Of a stretch of DNA of 64,000 nt, positions 12,701-24,460 are shown piece by piece (position 1 is the first letter of the stretch; every line of letters begins with the position of its first letter). A program made the translations under genes and the position numbers. The notes below the pieces were generated by a model that worked only from the letters and a program-made list of their open reading frames with translations, was not told the DNA's origin and made no database searches. This stretch comes from Hydrolagus affinis (lineage: Eukaryota): positions 1-64,000 of the forward strand of contig JAAILG010000294.1 in the NCBI GenBank assembly GCA_012026655.1, in the 5' to 3' direction.

Positions 12701-15700
12701 CTGCTATCCATATATGTTGGAGATTGCAGTAGAGTTTTACAAACTGACTGCAATAGGGTGGGCTTGTTTAGCTCTTACTAAATGAAGGTCACCCTTACCT
12801 TTCCTGAAGTCCCCTAATTGTTTGAATGGAGGTGGAGAGCTGCCAGTCACGGCTGAAATAAAAGTTCTCTTAAAGGCTTCAAACACTGCTCAGCATTGAC
12901 CTCTCTCAGCCTGAGCCAGCTTTCAAAGTTGCAATTATCCTGTAAAGTTTGCAGCAGTTCATTAATTTACGTTTTAAGTAGCACTCCTCACCTGATTAAA
13001 AACTGGTGGAAATGTTCCACAAAATTAGATGAATTTGAGATGGAGTGACTGCCGTTTAGCCAAATGTGGCAGCTAATCTGTACCAATAATGCTTCACCCA
13101 ACCAACCAGACATTTGCAGTAAGGAGTGCTCTTCAGCAGTAAGAGTTACATTGGCACTCGGTTGAGTGCAGTGATCCAGTTGTTCACCTGACCTGCAGTG
13201 ATAGATGCTCACACTGCACACTTGGAGCCAAAAAGTAGAGAAACCAGTTGCAGCAACTTTAATGCACAGTCAGCACAGAACTTGGGATCTACTGTATATT
13301 GAAATCACTGCACTAATACCCACCTGCAAAACTGCTCTTTGCATTTCGTATTCACATCTGACCACAGGAAGAACAATTAAAATGGGTTGCTATACATATA
13401 TTATTGATTACACATTTCCAGTCGGTTTACGGTGCTGTGTCTGTCTCCCTGTAGCTACATGTTGCAGTGGCCAGGTGTGAGAATTCTGCGTCGCCATGAA
13501 CTCGATGCATTCCTTGCACAGGCTTTATCTCCTAAACTGTATGAACCAGATCAGCTGCAAGAGCTTAAGGTAATCTTCGCTGTTTCAAATTCCATTAAAA
13601 GTGGATGAAGGGGTGGGGGAAAGGCAACCTATTCTTCGTTACACCGTTGGTAATTTTGAGGCCTCAATGTAAAATTAATTGAATGAAATGAGAATTCATT
13701 TTTTTTTAAAAGGCAGCATTTTCTGAATTTTTTAAATAGACTACAGGTTTTTTTTTAACAGGATTCAGTTAGTATGTTAGGTATCGGTTCCCACTGGTAA
13801 AAATGTTCTCCATTTTAACTTCTAAACATATTTAGCATTGTGTGAATGATTAACTTTCAGGATTGACATGAAGCCAAAAATCTTGAATCATTCTAAAAGG
13901 CCATGTTTCTGCTCTTGCTAAAAGTAAAATAGTTTGCAGCGCTTTGCAATTTCAAACTACATCTAGAAACCATTCCTAATTCTAAGTTCTGTTTCTTTCT
14001 AACTCCTGCCCCAGTATTGTTGTCAAACTCGGGCGTTTTCTCTTTGCGGCATAATAGGCAAAGGCTGCCCAGTGTCTGAAGCAGCAATGTGCTTAACTAC
14101 AGTGAGACAATCATGGGTTTAGATTTCCTTTGAGTGCTTAGAACCTCAGCTTGCTACTCCAGTTAGTTGTGTCAGCTCTGAGCTTGGCGAATAAATTCAG
14201 TGGTACAAATGGTGAGATGGGCCACACTATCTTGCCTCAGTCAATCCTGGTCCCTGGCCACACTCAAGCCCATTAATAAATAGTCCTTCTTGGGAAGAAA
14301 ACACAGAAGGAAAGATTTGTCTTTTTTAAGTTCTGTGAACATGACGACTAAAGCTTTTGAAATAACTCAGGGAGTTGTTGACAGACTTAATTACTTGACC
14401 AACTTAGTTTCCCCTTTTGTAGCCGGGGATTTACTCACTGAAGCTAGCCTCAGGATAGCCACTTGATGTTAGCCCCAAAAGAGATTGATTCAGATTTGAA
14501 ACTTGCATTATAGCCAAAAAGCAGCGTTTTGGTTTCTGTTTCGCTTGAACCATTGTGTAAGGCACTCTGCCTAAAGTTATGAACCAGGTATTTGTTGTCT
14601 ATGTGGATTCTGCTTCTTATTTTTTTTTGTCTCTGTTTTTCCCCCTTTCGACCTCAGATTGATAGCTTGGATCCGCGGGGTATCCAACTTGCAGCGCTGT
14701 TTATGAGTGGGGTTGATATGGCACTTTTTGCAAATGATGCTTGCGGGCAGCCAATTCCATGGGAACACTGCTGTCCGTGGATGTACTTTGATGGCAAACT
14801 TTTCCAAAGTAAGCTTATAAAAGTGAGCCGGGAAAAGGTACCCTTGATTGACCTCTGCGATGGTCAGGTATGGATTTAAATATTGTATTTCAACAAGTGG
14901 TATACAAACCAGAAAGAATTTTAAAAATCTGTAAAATGTTACTTTTTAACGGCATTGACGATTTGGCGAATGCAACTTTGTTGATATGTTATAACATTGT
15001 GCCTTTGCGTCCTTTCCACTCGCTCCCTGCTTTCAAGGCACGTCTCAAAAACAAACCTGTTAGACTGCGCTTTCAACTGCGCTTTCGTTCATCTTTTCCC
15101 CTTTCTACTTCCCTTGGCGCCAACACCTTTTCAGCCTGATCATTGGCTATAAATGGGGTGTTGGGGTGAAGAGAGAATGAGATGAGTGAAGCAAGTGTTT
15201 CTCAGCAGCCAAGTTCCAAGCATGTCTTTCTACAAATATTCCTTTGTGTTTCCTGCCTCCTTCCAGGGCTGCACAATTCTGGAATTTGGTTTATTATTTT
15301 TGCTGGTTACCTTGAACTGAGATCTTTTCCCGCAGTGTTTGTGCAGCAGACAAAGCAGATGTCTTATCGGGAATAATTACAGTGCTCTCTGGCATGGTTT
15401 CACCCTGGTGGCAAATGCCTCTCTCTCTCTCTCTCTCTGTCCTGCACTTGTGAAAATAATTTGTACTTTTTTTAAAAAAACAACCTTGATTAAGTTAATT
15501 AAGCTCTCGATTAAGTTAGATGGGAATAACAGGATGAAGTGATAATAGATGCCTTTGAATCACATGGTTTAACACTAATGGCACAAGGTCCTTGGGGTGG
15601 CCCTTACCTAAATCAAACTCCGAACCGACGCCTCACCAGTTCTGGCCATGCTCTACTGGCTACCACTTGTGTTCAGATCCCTTCAACTCCCTGGCACCTG

Positions 15701-18700
15701 CCTATCTCTCCAACCTCCCTCACCAATCCACCACCCGCCGCCTCTGCTCGACTGACACCGGTCTCATGCTCAACCCTCACTCCCTCCACCCACCATCGAA
15801 GATGGCGCTTTCAGCCACTATTACCCGAAAACTCTTAACACTCTCCCTCAATCCCTCCGCCTTGCCCCCTCTCTTCCCCCACTTTTCCAAATCCCGCCTG
15901 AAAACTTTCCTCTTTGACCATGCTTATGGCTGCCCCTCCCCTGGCTCTCAGTCAGGCTCCGCCATGGTTAAGCACCACTGCGACACTATCCTATGTGGAT
16001 GGCGCTATACAAGTGCAAGTTGTTGTGGTTGTAAAATAGATTAGAGTGGATACAATGGCTCCCTCTGGCTATTCTTGTACAAGGCTTTTAGAAGTGTCTG
16101 ATACATTTATATAATAGCGCCTTTCGCTTTGAGAGGACGTTTCATAAATGCAAGTTGTTGATTAAATGGCCTGCATGATTAGTGTAATCATTTTTTAAAG
16201 TTAAAATAATACAGATCGTGATCTTACACTGTTAATCTTAAGTAATTATGAATAATATAACGTTCACGTTGGAAGCATGCTTCTGTTAACAGGTTCTGTG
16301 CTTGAAGGTGCCGTTTGAAGCACGATGTGAGAAGGGAGTGCATTTCGCTTTTGTGTTGTGTTGAACTGTTTGTACCTATATTGACCGTTGTGTATTGTGA
16401 ATCTTGCTTTGTTGGAGTCGCAATACATGGCAATATGTTTGGAATATCAGATGTTTCAAAATAAGTGTTTATTTTTTAATTCTCTGTCCGAAGTTCTGAA
16501 AATGTGTTGTTTCTTGTGATTTCATTGATTATCCCAGGCTGAACAAGCTGCCAAACTTGAGAAGATGCGGCAAAGCATCCTGGAAGGGTTAAACTTTTCC
16601 AGGCATATCCACCCTCTCGCTTACCCTCCTCCGGCTATGCATTTCTACCCAGCTGCGATTTACCCACGGCCTATTGGACACATGCCATTACACCATGGCA
16701 GGGGTAGAGGCTTAGGTGGTAAGCGGGCATATATTTGATTATGATGATTATTCATAAATATAATATTGTTATTATTAGTTGAGATACAGATCAGCCATGG
16801 TCTGATAGAATGGCGGAACAGGCTTGAGGGGCTGAATGGCCTCCTCCTGTTCCTACATTCCTACATGTTAAAGTGTGGCATTTCACACAATGGAAAAGGT
16901 TGGAACCCAGATTAAAAGCAGTAAACACAAGCATATTGCTCTCGCGCCTTTGTTTGAGGTTGGATATTCTCTTCTGTGTCTTTTTGGTGATCCCGGTATT
17001 CATACACTGATTGACCACTGGTTTACAGAACAGCATTCATTAAAACCTGTTTTTTGCTTCATGTTTTTATTTATTTTGTTAATTTTGACTGGCTTTCGCT
17101 TAACACTATTGTTTTCATTCTCATGTCTCATTTTCTTCTGCCTTTTAATTTCTGCTTCAGTCATTTTTATTTCTTACTCTCCTGTTAGGGTCTTTATCTC
17201 CTCATTGTCCCTTTGTCTCACTTGACTTCTAAGCTGTCCTCCCTAATGTATTCTGATCAGCCACCTGACTGTGTTCTGTTCACACTTCTGTTTTTCTTCT
17301 GCTTTAAATCGTATTATTATTTCATGGTTAAGTCACTGACCCGTTTTTTTGTAGTGAAGTGTTTCTGAGGATTGCTGTGCAGTGATGGTTTGTCTATCCC
17401 CGTCTGTGTGCAGGCGTTCAGCCAATCCCTCCTCAGGGCGGGAAGCTGGAGATTGCTGGGACAGTCGTCGGACAGTGGGCAGGAAGCAAGCGTGGCCGAG
17501 GCCGGGCGGCTTTCCCTCTACAGGTCGTTTCTGTTGGCGGGCCAGCGAGAGGGTATGTTGTGTGCACCGTAGCACTCCCTCTCAAACATCCATCGCTGCC
17601 AACTCCACCGATTATTCTTAACCTTGTGTAGAATCAGAAGTAAACAGGAGTAAAAAGAAATGAAGTATTGCTTTACAGTGAAATGCTTATCACATTAAAA
17701 AAATACTGAAGTTGAGCTTGATATATTTTCAAGACTGAGATGAATAGGTTTCTGTTCGGTCAGTGAGGTAAGGGATATGGGGCACAGGCGGTTAATTGGA
17801 GTCGATATACAAATCAGACATGATCTCATAGAATTGTAGAATAGGTTTGAGCGGCTTAATGGCCTACCCCTCTTCCTATGTCTAATATTCAAAAGCAAAA
17901 GGGCTGTGCTGAAAATGATAATCAGAATTTTCCAACTGGGAGCACATTGCTAACTAAGCAAATAGCCTTTCAGTACATGATTTGTTTCATTTGGTTCCAT
18001 CGAACAGTCTAAACCTGATCCAGATCCGAAGCTCTGGACTCAATCTGATGTTGTTATCACAGATTGTTCATGTGGTACATCAGCAGTCATGAACATGTTC
18101 AGCTCTGTTAGAAAGTAAGCAGCATCTTGTAAATGCTGCCCAATGATTTTTACTCATAGTTGTTCACTGTCTTGAGAAGTGGGTTTGCTACAGTGGGAAT
18201 AAATTTGTGTTTCCTNNNNNNNNNNNNNNNNNNNNNNNNNNNNNNNNNNNNNNNNNNNNNNNNNNNNNNNNNNNNNNNNNNNNNNNNNNNNNNNNNNNNN
18301 NNNNNNNNNNNNNNNATGGAACAGCCAGATTTAAACGGATAAAGGTGTTTGCAAATGGGGGTGAATTTAGCACTGGATTTGAATTATGTCCAAAAATAGA
18401 TTTGGAGCTTCTTTTTGTACTTATCAAAATGAATGTGTGTTATCTTGCTAAATTGGTACATTTCATTCTCTCTAGATTTACCAGCCAATCAGCAAAAGCT
18501 AACTAAATTCATCTAATTCCAATGGCATGTGAAGGCTCTGCAGTATATGTTAGATAGAATGTTAACGTTTCATTAACATTGGGTAGATCCCTCATGCCAT
18601 AGATTATTAATCTGTTTGCTACAGTGCGGGCGCTGTTGATATAGCAACAGAAATGTTTACAGATGTGTGCTGACTAAAGTTTTCTTTCGGTGTCTGTGTG

Positions 18701-19051
18701 TGACAGAGTCAACCAGCTTATGCTGCCTCAGCAGAAGAAATTGCTCAAGAGCTGAAAGGCTCTGTGGATTCGGGCAACCCTGCTTCAGAGGAACAGAAGC
18801 TTTCAGGGGTCGTGGCAGCAGAGACTGCAGAGAGCTCCCCCGCTGAGAATGGAGTTTCAGACGAAAGCAAACCTACTTCCCAACTAAATGGGAACAAGGG
18901 AGACGTCGGGGCTTCCAATCAAACTGAAAGTGCCTTGAGTAATGACTCTAAAATGTGCAATACAAATCCTCACTTAAATGCACTAAGTACAGACGGCAGT
19001 TGCAATAGAGATGACAATCTTGGCACTGCCGCCTTGAAAAAGGAAGAGTAA
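3459..19051 (+). CDS. FAM120A: FAM120A (constitutive coactivator of PPAR-gamma-like 1 / OSSA), multi-exon gene, 5'-partial (exon 1 outside window, one exon probably in N gap)
   Basis: 15 GT-AG bounded exons. They join in frame except across the N gap and translate to recognisable FAM120A sequence (VAQSIEDHHQEV...DSDY, SNIPHEGKHTPLYERSSP, DACGQPIPWEHCCPW, C-terminal CNTNPHLNALSTD...KEE*). The gene lies directly upstream of PHF2, as in other vertebrates. Confidence 0.97.
4400..4690 (-). mobile_element. Degraded CR1-like LINE fragment
   Basis: cctaaattgtactcagcatttgaaatgttgcctcacc...ttgtacagg resembles the CR1 segment at about 39595-39650. Confidence 0.4.
4753..4835 (+). CDS. FAM120A: FAM120A exon 3
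   Basis: gtag|GC...AAG|gtacaa, 83 nt; GNHILPDEDLAAFHWSLLGPDHPLASLK. Confidence 0.96.
5595..5723 (+). CDS. FAM120A: FAM120A exon 4
   Basis: ctccag|GTA...CAG|gtaggt, 129 nt; VRAHQLVLPPCDVVIKAVAEYVRNI...KQSQ. Confidence 0.96.
5979..6081 (+). CDS. FAM120A: FAM120A exon 5
   Basis: tttcag|TCT...CCAG|gtacat, 103 nt; SRTEHKIERFKRAVEYYSVASKP. Confidence 0.94.
6863..6969 (+). CDS. FAM120A: FAM120A exon 6
   Basis: tttaag|GA...ACG|gtgagt, 107 nt; GMRPNPFGVPGMVPPFPHPQMLNIPQ...QAKPT. Confidence 0.93.
7590..7909 (+). CDS. FAM120A: FAM120A exon 7
   Basis: gtcag|GGT...AA|gtaagt, 320 nt; contains NSYSNIPHEGKHTPLYERSSP and SSTSSSSDNEE. Confidence 0.94.
8330..8500 (+). mobile_element. Old Deu-domain SINE fragment
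   Basis: Degenerate tRNA head (gagcactct...gggtcagaa) followed by tactgagggag...gaatgagatattaaac, matching the element at 49937-50364. Confidence 0.45.
8837..8969 (+). CDS. FAM120A: FAM120A exon 8
   Basis: ttccag|C...AAG|gtattg, 133 nt; phase fits both neighbours; NHVSEK...AWEKPG...ETK. Confidence 0.9.
9794..10039 (+). CDS. FAM120A: FAM120A exon 9
   Basis: ttgcag|ACG...AAG|gtgagc, 246 nt; LLSMPTRNHMDIT...PEVLRVAEHRHRKGLMYPY. Confidence 0.95.
10107..10275. repeat. Palindromic shark-type repeat remnant (possibly Penelope-associated)
   Basis: gatgctggaaatctgaaataaaaacagaa...ctcagcaggtcaggcagcatct with inverted arms at 10159-10185 and 10245-10271. Confidence 0.5.
10746..10920 (+). CDS. FAM120A: FAM120A exon 10
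   Basis: tttag|GGT...AAC|gtaagt, 175 nt; GEIKISVSIEDEANKDLPPAALLYRP. Confidence 0.96.
11544..11793 (+). CDS. FAM120A: FAM120A exon 11
   Basis: cgcag|TT...CG|gtaagt, 250 nt; KEWAAYKGKSPQTPELVEALAFREWTCPNLK...CCVLR. Confidence 0.96.
11831..12005 (-). mobile_element. SINE 3' half
   Basis: Reverse complement of 3085-3246 at high identity; (AAT)n tail on the + strand. Confidence 0.85.
12512..12630 (+). mobile_element. SINE 3' fragment
   Basis: tgtgaagcgttttgaaacgtctagaagacgtg...aaaatgcaaggattatt. Confidence 0.75.
13455..13569 (+). CDS. FAM120A: FAM120A exon 12
   Basis: tgtag|C...AAG|gtaatc, 115 nt; YMLQWPGVRILRRHELDAFLAQALSPKLYEPDQLQELK. Confidence 0.96.
14658..14867 (+). CDS. FAM120A: FAM120A exon 13
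   Basis: ctcag|ATT...CAG|gtatgg, 210 nt; LDPRGIQLAALFMSGVDMALFANDACGQPIPWEHCCPWMYFDGKLF. Confidence 0.97.
15600..16030 (+). mobile_element. L2 LINE 3' end (degraded ORF2 C-terminus plus tail)
   Basis: Translates SLAPAYLSNL...RRLCS...SKSRLKTFLFDHAY, typical of the L2 ORF2 end; followed by aagcac...ggcgctatacaagtgcaagttgttg tail. Confidence 0.8.
16538..16718 (+). CDS. FAM120A: FAM120A exon 14
   Basis: cccag|GCT...GTG|gtaagc, 181 nt; AEQAAKLEKMRQSILEGLNFSR...GRGRGLG. Confidence 0.94.
16780..16865 (+). mobile_element. CR1-type 3' tail
   Basis: gatcagccatg...gaatggcggaacaggcttgaggggctgaatggcctcctcctgttccta, complementary to the tail at about 39090-39155. Confidence 0.7.
17414..17552 (+). CDS. 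FAM120A: FAM120A exon (RG-rich RNA-binding C-terminal region)
   Basis: tgcag|GC...AGG|gtatgt, 139 nt; VQPIPPQGGKLEIAGTVVGQWAGSKRGRG...LQVVSVGGPARG. Confidence 0.95.
17760..17885 (+). mobile_element. CR1-type 3' end
   Basis: aagggatatgggg...atcagacatgatctcatagaat...aatggcctacccctcttcctatg. Confidence 0.65.
18216..18315. other. Assembly gap (100 N), probably hiding the penultimate FAM120A coding exon
   Basis: Run of exactly 100 N. The flanking exons are phase-incompatible (phase 2 donor, phase 0 acceptor). Confidence 0.9.
18707..19051 (+). CDS. FAM120A: FAM120A last coding exon
   Basis: gacag|AGT CAA CCA GCT TAT...GAA GAG TAA; AYAASAEEIAQELK...CNTNPHLNALSTD...LKKEE*. Confidence 0.95.
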   Translation, partial: SQPAYAASAEEIAQELKGSVDSGNPASEEQKLSGVVAAETAESSPAENGVSDESKPTSQLNGNKGDVGASNQTESALSNDSKMCNTNPHLNALSTDGSCNRDDNLGTAALKKEE

Positions 19052-20692
19052 TGTTTTATTGTTTTTTTTCTGCTGAGGGGGTGAAGGATGTTTGGAAGGT
19101 TTCAGAATGGGAGTATTTGGAAAAGAAGGCCTACAGTTGCATACAATATTTTCTTCTCCGTAAGAGAAATGAGGACATTGGAATTTTGGATCCCTCTGAT
19201 GTCAGCTGTGTAACACGCAATCTTTACTAGCCAGTTTGCAGTTGAATGCTATCAAATGGAATGAAGAGCATTTGACTCCCACACTTTAAATGGTATTACA
19301 AGACATTCAAAACTGGTTACGACAATTTACATTTTCTTTTTCAGACGGTAAAGCAAATATGGCTTTAATTTGGCAGTCTTTAATATTTAGGTTAAAGTAC
19401 AGTACTTGGCATCATAACTTTGCCATCTTAATTGATTTTATGTGTTATTGTGTCAGTTGCTTATTTTAAGACTTAAATTTCACATAAAGCCTGGAAAAGG
19501 GCTCAGAATCACAAAAAACAAATCTTACTTCAGTGTCATGAGTTTTGATGTGGTTAATCGTCAGCACATGATTTAGAACAAGCAAACAGACAAGAGAATT
19601 CAACTCAATGTTAAGTTACAAGAGTAATATCGCAGCTTCAATTTTGGCAATCTTAAGAAAAGCATATATGTATGTGCAAGAAGCAAATTACATGTCAAGA
19701 GACAACTGAAAATATTCATTGAAGATGCAGATGACCTTAACAAATAGTTAAACATCACCATATAATTGATACGTTTTGTGAATGTGACGGCTCTTACCAT
19801 GCATCCGTGATCAATGAAATCAGTGGTTTTTGAATCAGACGTAGACATTAGTACTACTACTTCGGCTAAACTTCTGCATGGTTCATAATTTTTGAAGTGT
19901 GTAGTTAATATTATGCATGTTATCGTCCTCTTTCTTCCACCCTACAAGTACTGTGCCCATCTGCAAATTTTAAAAACAGTTAGTCATAGTCCTATAAAAA
20001 GGTGTTAAAAAAAATATGTTTAGTCATTAACTGATCTTGCTCTAACCTTAAATTTTGTGGTTATTGACCTCTGTTGCATTTATTCTAAAACCTACAAAAA
20101 ATTATCTAGCCACTCTGAATGATTAATGTTAACCCCTGATGTACTCATCGCGACTGTATTCATATTGTTCTCTGTTGCTGTTTTATGCATTCGTATTAGC
20201 AAAGTGATCTTTCTGCGAAATTTTTTGAAAAGCTTCAATCTTCAAAAACGGAAATTTCCCCCTCCCCTTACTGTAGCAGACGAATCAGCAAACTGCTTGT
20301 CTTTTTACAAAAAAAAACTTTCCCACCAAAAGTTTCGCACAAGCAAGTAAGTATACCTGTACCTTTTTGCTGTTTTGGTTAGTGTTTCAACCCTGATGTA
20401 CTTTAAATCGAAACCCTTACTTTATCATTATTTCATATAATGTTCCTGATGCTCTTCATCACACATTAGTGAACAGAAATAAGATGTAACCCTCTCCTCA
20501 AACCCCCGCCCGCAACAGCTAAATAGTACCTTTTATGTAAGTTGAAAGGAGTTCTACCTACATATGGATTGTGCAAGAATGAACTACTGTTGGGTTTGCT
20601 TGGTTGTTGATGGATTGTGGTGTGGTGTATTGCTGGAAGGCTATTGAATGCAACTTACAATGCTTAATAAAAATCTTTATTCTTTTAGTATA
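19052..20692 (+). other. FAM120A: FAM120A 3' UTR (about 1.6 kb)
   Basis: AT-rich stretch with no recognisable interspersed repeat, running from the stop codon to an AATAAA followed by a GT/T-rich downstream element. Confidence 0.7.
20666..20671 (+). terminator. Polyadenylation signal of FAM120A
   Basis: AATAAA followed about 30 nt later by ttgtttgtttgtttttgtttt (U/GU-rich downstream element). Confidence 0.75.
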
Positions 20693-23600
20693 AACCATTG
20701 TTTGTTTGTTTTTGTTTTAAACTTGAGCATGTGATTTCATCGGTTAAGCGCTCTGAGACGCCGTCCAGAGTGGAGGGCGCTATATAAATCGAAGTTGTTG
20801 TTGTTGGTTGGACTGTTCATTGTATCTTGAGTTTTGCTGGTAAGTTTGGAATGTCAGACTGTTTGTGTCTTTACCTATATCTGCTAAAAAGATGTTCAGA
20901 AACTTGTTTCTGGCAACTTCATAAAATAATGCTTATGGGATTGTTTTGGTTTGGGAGCTCAATTGGGAAGCATTTTGACTCCTAGTCACACCATCAAAAT
21001 TTCTTCCACAAATTACTTGATTTTCCACTAGAATAATTTATCGAGTGTATTTCAATAAGTTTGCAGATTACCACAAACCAGGCACCGTTTATATGAAAAA
21101 TGTTTATCCAATTCTACCTTTAATTTCTTCTGGAATTACTTTAATCTGTGTCCTGGTTACTTACTTGCCGACCACTATTTACCCCGTCAAAGAATTCGTA
21201 ATCACATTGCACTTTGTTTTCTCAGCTCAAATAGACTTTTGCTGAAATTATTGACCAAATTTGTGAGCTAATAAATAGATATTCTAATTTATTTCATTTT
21301 AAAATTATGCAATATAAATGTGTTAAGAAACAAACTAGAAACAATAGTGGATTAAATGCACCTTCAAATATAGTCCCATGTTAACAGGGTAAGCACGCAA
21401 CCATTTGACCTGCAGAAGAAACCTGTGCTTCTAAAAGTATCCTGCTCTTTACATATTTTATTTCATGCGCAAAGATATCAATTTTCATGAACACGGATGT
21501 AAAGGCGCTGAAGAATGTACAACTGATGAATGTGCTTTAACCTAAACCAATTTTGTGATGGGTAATTTAGCACAAGGCTTGAAATCTGTTTCATTTCTCG
21601 AATTAGTTTTTGGGTTTAATTAAATCTTGCAGATTCATGTTTTAATAAAATATGTTTAATATTCAAACCCCATTCGGATACAGCGAATACCATTAAATCA
21701 CCGAAATGTACATACTGTCAAAATCTCTTTGCCCAACAATGTGCCAATTGGTAGAGCAAATTATAAAGGTTGGTTGAGATTTAACATGTCACTTATGAAT
21801 ATAAGGGCCTATCAGTTAACGAATGTTACTGGTGCTGTACAATACTGCCCAACCCAATTGATATGATAATGTTGGAGCAGAATTTTGGTTGTGGAAGTTT
21901 GAAACCACACTGTTAATACAATAATTTGGGAGTTCAATTTTATAATGTGTACATCAGCTGGATCTTGGATTTTACAGTTGAGGTATTTAGTTGAGTTTAT
22001 AAGATTTGAGTTTGGATGATGCAGATAAGTAATTTTTCAAATTAAAAAAATGTTAACCAGTCACTGATCACTAAAACTTATTTGATCATCTACAGACAAA
22101 TAAGTAACCCCCCAAAAAATAAAAATAGAATTTACTTAGCCAAGAGTGGGGAAAGGAAGAGCTATAATGACCACAGAGTATCCTGTGTATGGACAAACCT
22201 TGAGGATAATAGCCAGTTGTGTTGCCAAGGTTTTCATTTGTGAAATTTTCCAGCTTCATACTGAGATTATATAAATGTTTTGAACTTGGGTGTCTGTGGA
22301 ACAATATGTGAAATGCAACTGCGTAGAAAAAGTTGGGTTTCGGTCTCGCTTGGAAGTGAATGAACCACAATCACACTGGCACAAGCCCACAACAAGGGCA
22401 AAAAACTCCCAACAGAAAACTGCAAAAATGAAAAACCTGGTCTGAAGGTTATTTATAATGGTTTAAATGGTAAAACATCGTGACGTGTCTTGCTACAATT
22501 ACCTCCATGAAGATACCAGATTTCTGAAACTTGTTTTCTTCAAGCTTATCAGATACATCCAGATCTGGTCAATTGGAAATTTGAAGGTGTGACGTAAGTG
22601 TACTAAATTCCTGTACCCCATTAATATCACGATTTCTTCCCTCTCTCCAATGTTGGCCAAATAAAATGGGTTGTCTCCTGCCATCCTCTAGGAGGATAGC
22701 AGGAGACAAGGTGTTTCTCCCATGTGTGTGACTGAAGTGATTTGATCCTCTCTCGATGCCGTTGAGCCTTATTAAGAACACCTAACCTTGAAACCATGCT
22801 GCATCAAGGTATATACAGTACTGGAGTACAGATTGTATTTCCATATTTATCTGGTTCCAATGGGAACGTGCCTCGATTTTATCGACCAGGTTATGGAAGC
22901 TGATAAATCGCCATTGGTGTTACCGTGGGGCCTGAACAATGTTTTGTGTGAAGTGATCTGCGGGGTCTTTTGGAAATTGTTATTGAAAGGCTGCTCCGTT
23001 GGCAACTGACTTCCTTCTGATAAGATCCAGGCAATGGACGTTGAGCAACTTTACCTGATCTAGTGTGTGTGGGGTTATGTGGTCATCCGTTGTTTCTTGC
23101 CTGAATTAAATTCTTCCACTTAAATGAAATCAAACGTTCCCTTGTTTATCCAGAGCTGGAAAGAAACTTACACCCTACGGATACAGGCTTTGACTTTTTA
23201 TACAGATAACTAAATCATTGTTTGAATAAAAAAAGTGGTTTGCATACTCTAACTAGCTCTTTGCAAAATAGGTTTTTAGAATGTAATCTACGCTCCAAGT
23301 CACAGTAAATCCTGCTAAGCGCTTTGGGTCTTCCTCCCGACGTGAAAGATGCTATGTTAAATGTAAGGGTTATTGGTTTTATAATACAACCCACCAGGCA
23401 ATAGATGTTATTCAATCAGTTGAGTGTGGTGACTGAATGAATGGAGGACTCTGGTTTTGAATACTGTACAGCTTTTATACGAGAAACCGTAGGTGTTGAA
23501 TGTTGGAGTAATTCTCCCCCCTTTTCTCCACACTAACCCCCCACCCAAGAGGAAAACTTGAGAATTTTTAATGGAAATTAGAAAAAAATTATTTGTTGGG

Positions 23601-24280
23601 AAACTGCCTCAATCTAAAATAAAGATCTGTTTGGTATCCTTATTAATGTTTGATGTTCTCTTACATAGGGGGGCAACAATGCTTTCTACATTTCCAAGCA
23701 GCAGTACATAAATAAAATAGTATGAGCTGGTTGATAATCTTGAGCAGTTCACATTTCTGTAAATAAAAGATAAATGAATAATCCTGCGTCTTTTACTGAG
23801 TCATTCTGTAATGCAGTGACTTCAATGCTTGAAACATGATGTGTTTTGAGAATTTAAAAGATGTTCTTAAGCATATTTCAGGAGTTTTACCATAAGCTTC
23901 CTGGACAGAAATGTTTTGCTCCCAAGTTGGAAAGGTTAAATTGGCCTGCTGTGAGCGTTTTTCGAGTGCTCCAAATTTTTCAATTGTACAAAATGAAAGG
24001 CCTTCCCTCCTCTACAATTGCTGAATGTCCACGTCTACATTAAATTTACTCTGGGTGCCACCTGCTGGTCACTGGGAAACATTTACTACTGTACCACCAG
24101 GCAAAGTACTGCAGCAAAATCCCATTCTTTAAATGCTTTACAGCTATGGATGGATCAGAGATTGTTTGCATTCTTGTATCAATATTTGATCATTAATTGT
24201 CCTGTGAGTGCCTAAGCGGAAATGCATTGTGACTGTAGATTGCAGAGTCTATTATGTGTTACAGGAGGGAAATAGATAAC

Positions 24281-24460
24281 AATAATAATAATAATCCTCG
24301 TATACGATATAGCGCTTTTCACATCTTCTAGATCTCAAAGTGCTTCACAGAATGTACTGTAAAGTGAATTGCCTGTATATTTGTGGGCAAAACGTGGCAG
24401 CCAATCATGCACAGTAGTGTCCCGCAAACGGTTGTGGATTGAAATGACCAAATTATTATT
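24281..24460 (-). mobile_element. SINE 3' half, abutting a CR1-type tail (about 24470-24600, + strand)
   Basis: Same family as 11831-12005; adjacent ggtgggtcaaatggcttccttct CR1-like tail. Confidence 0.8.
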
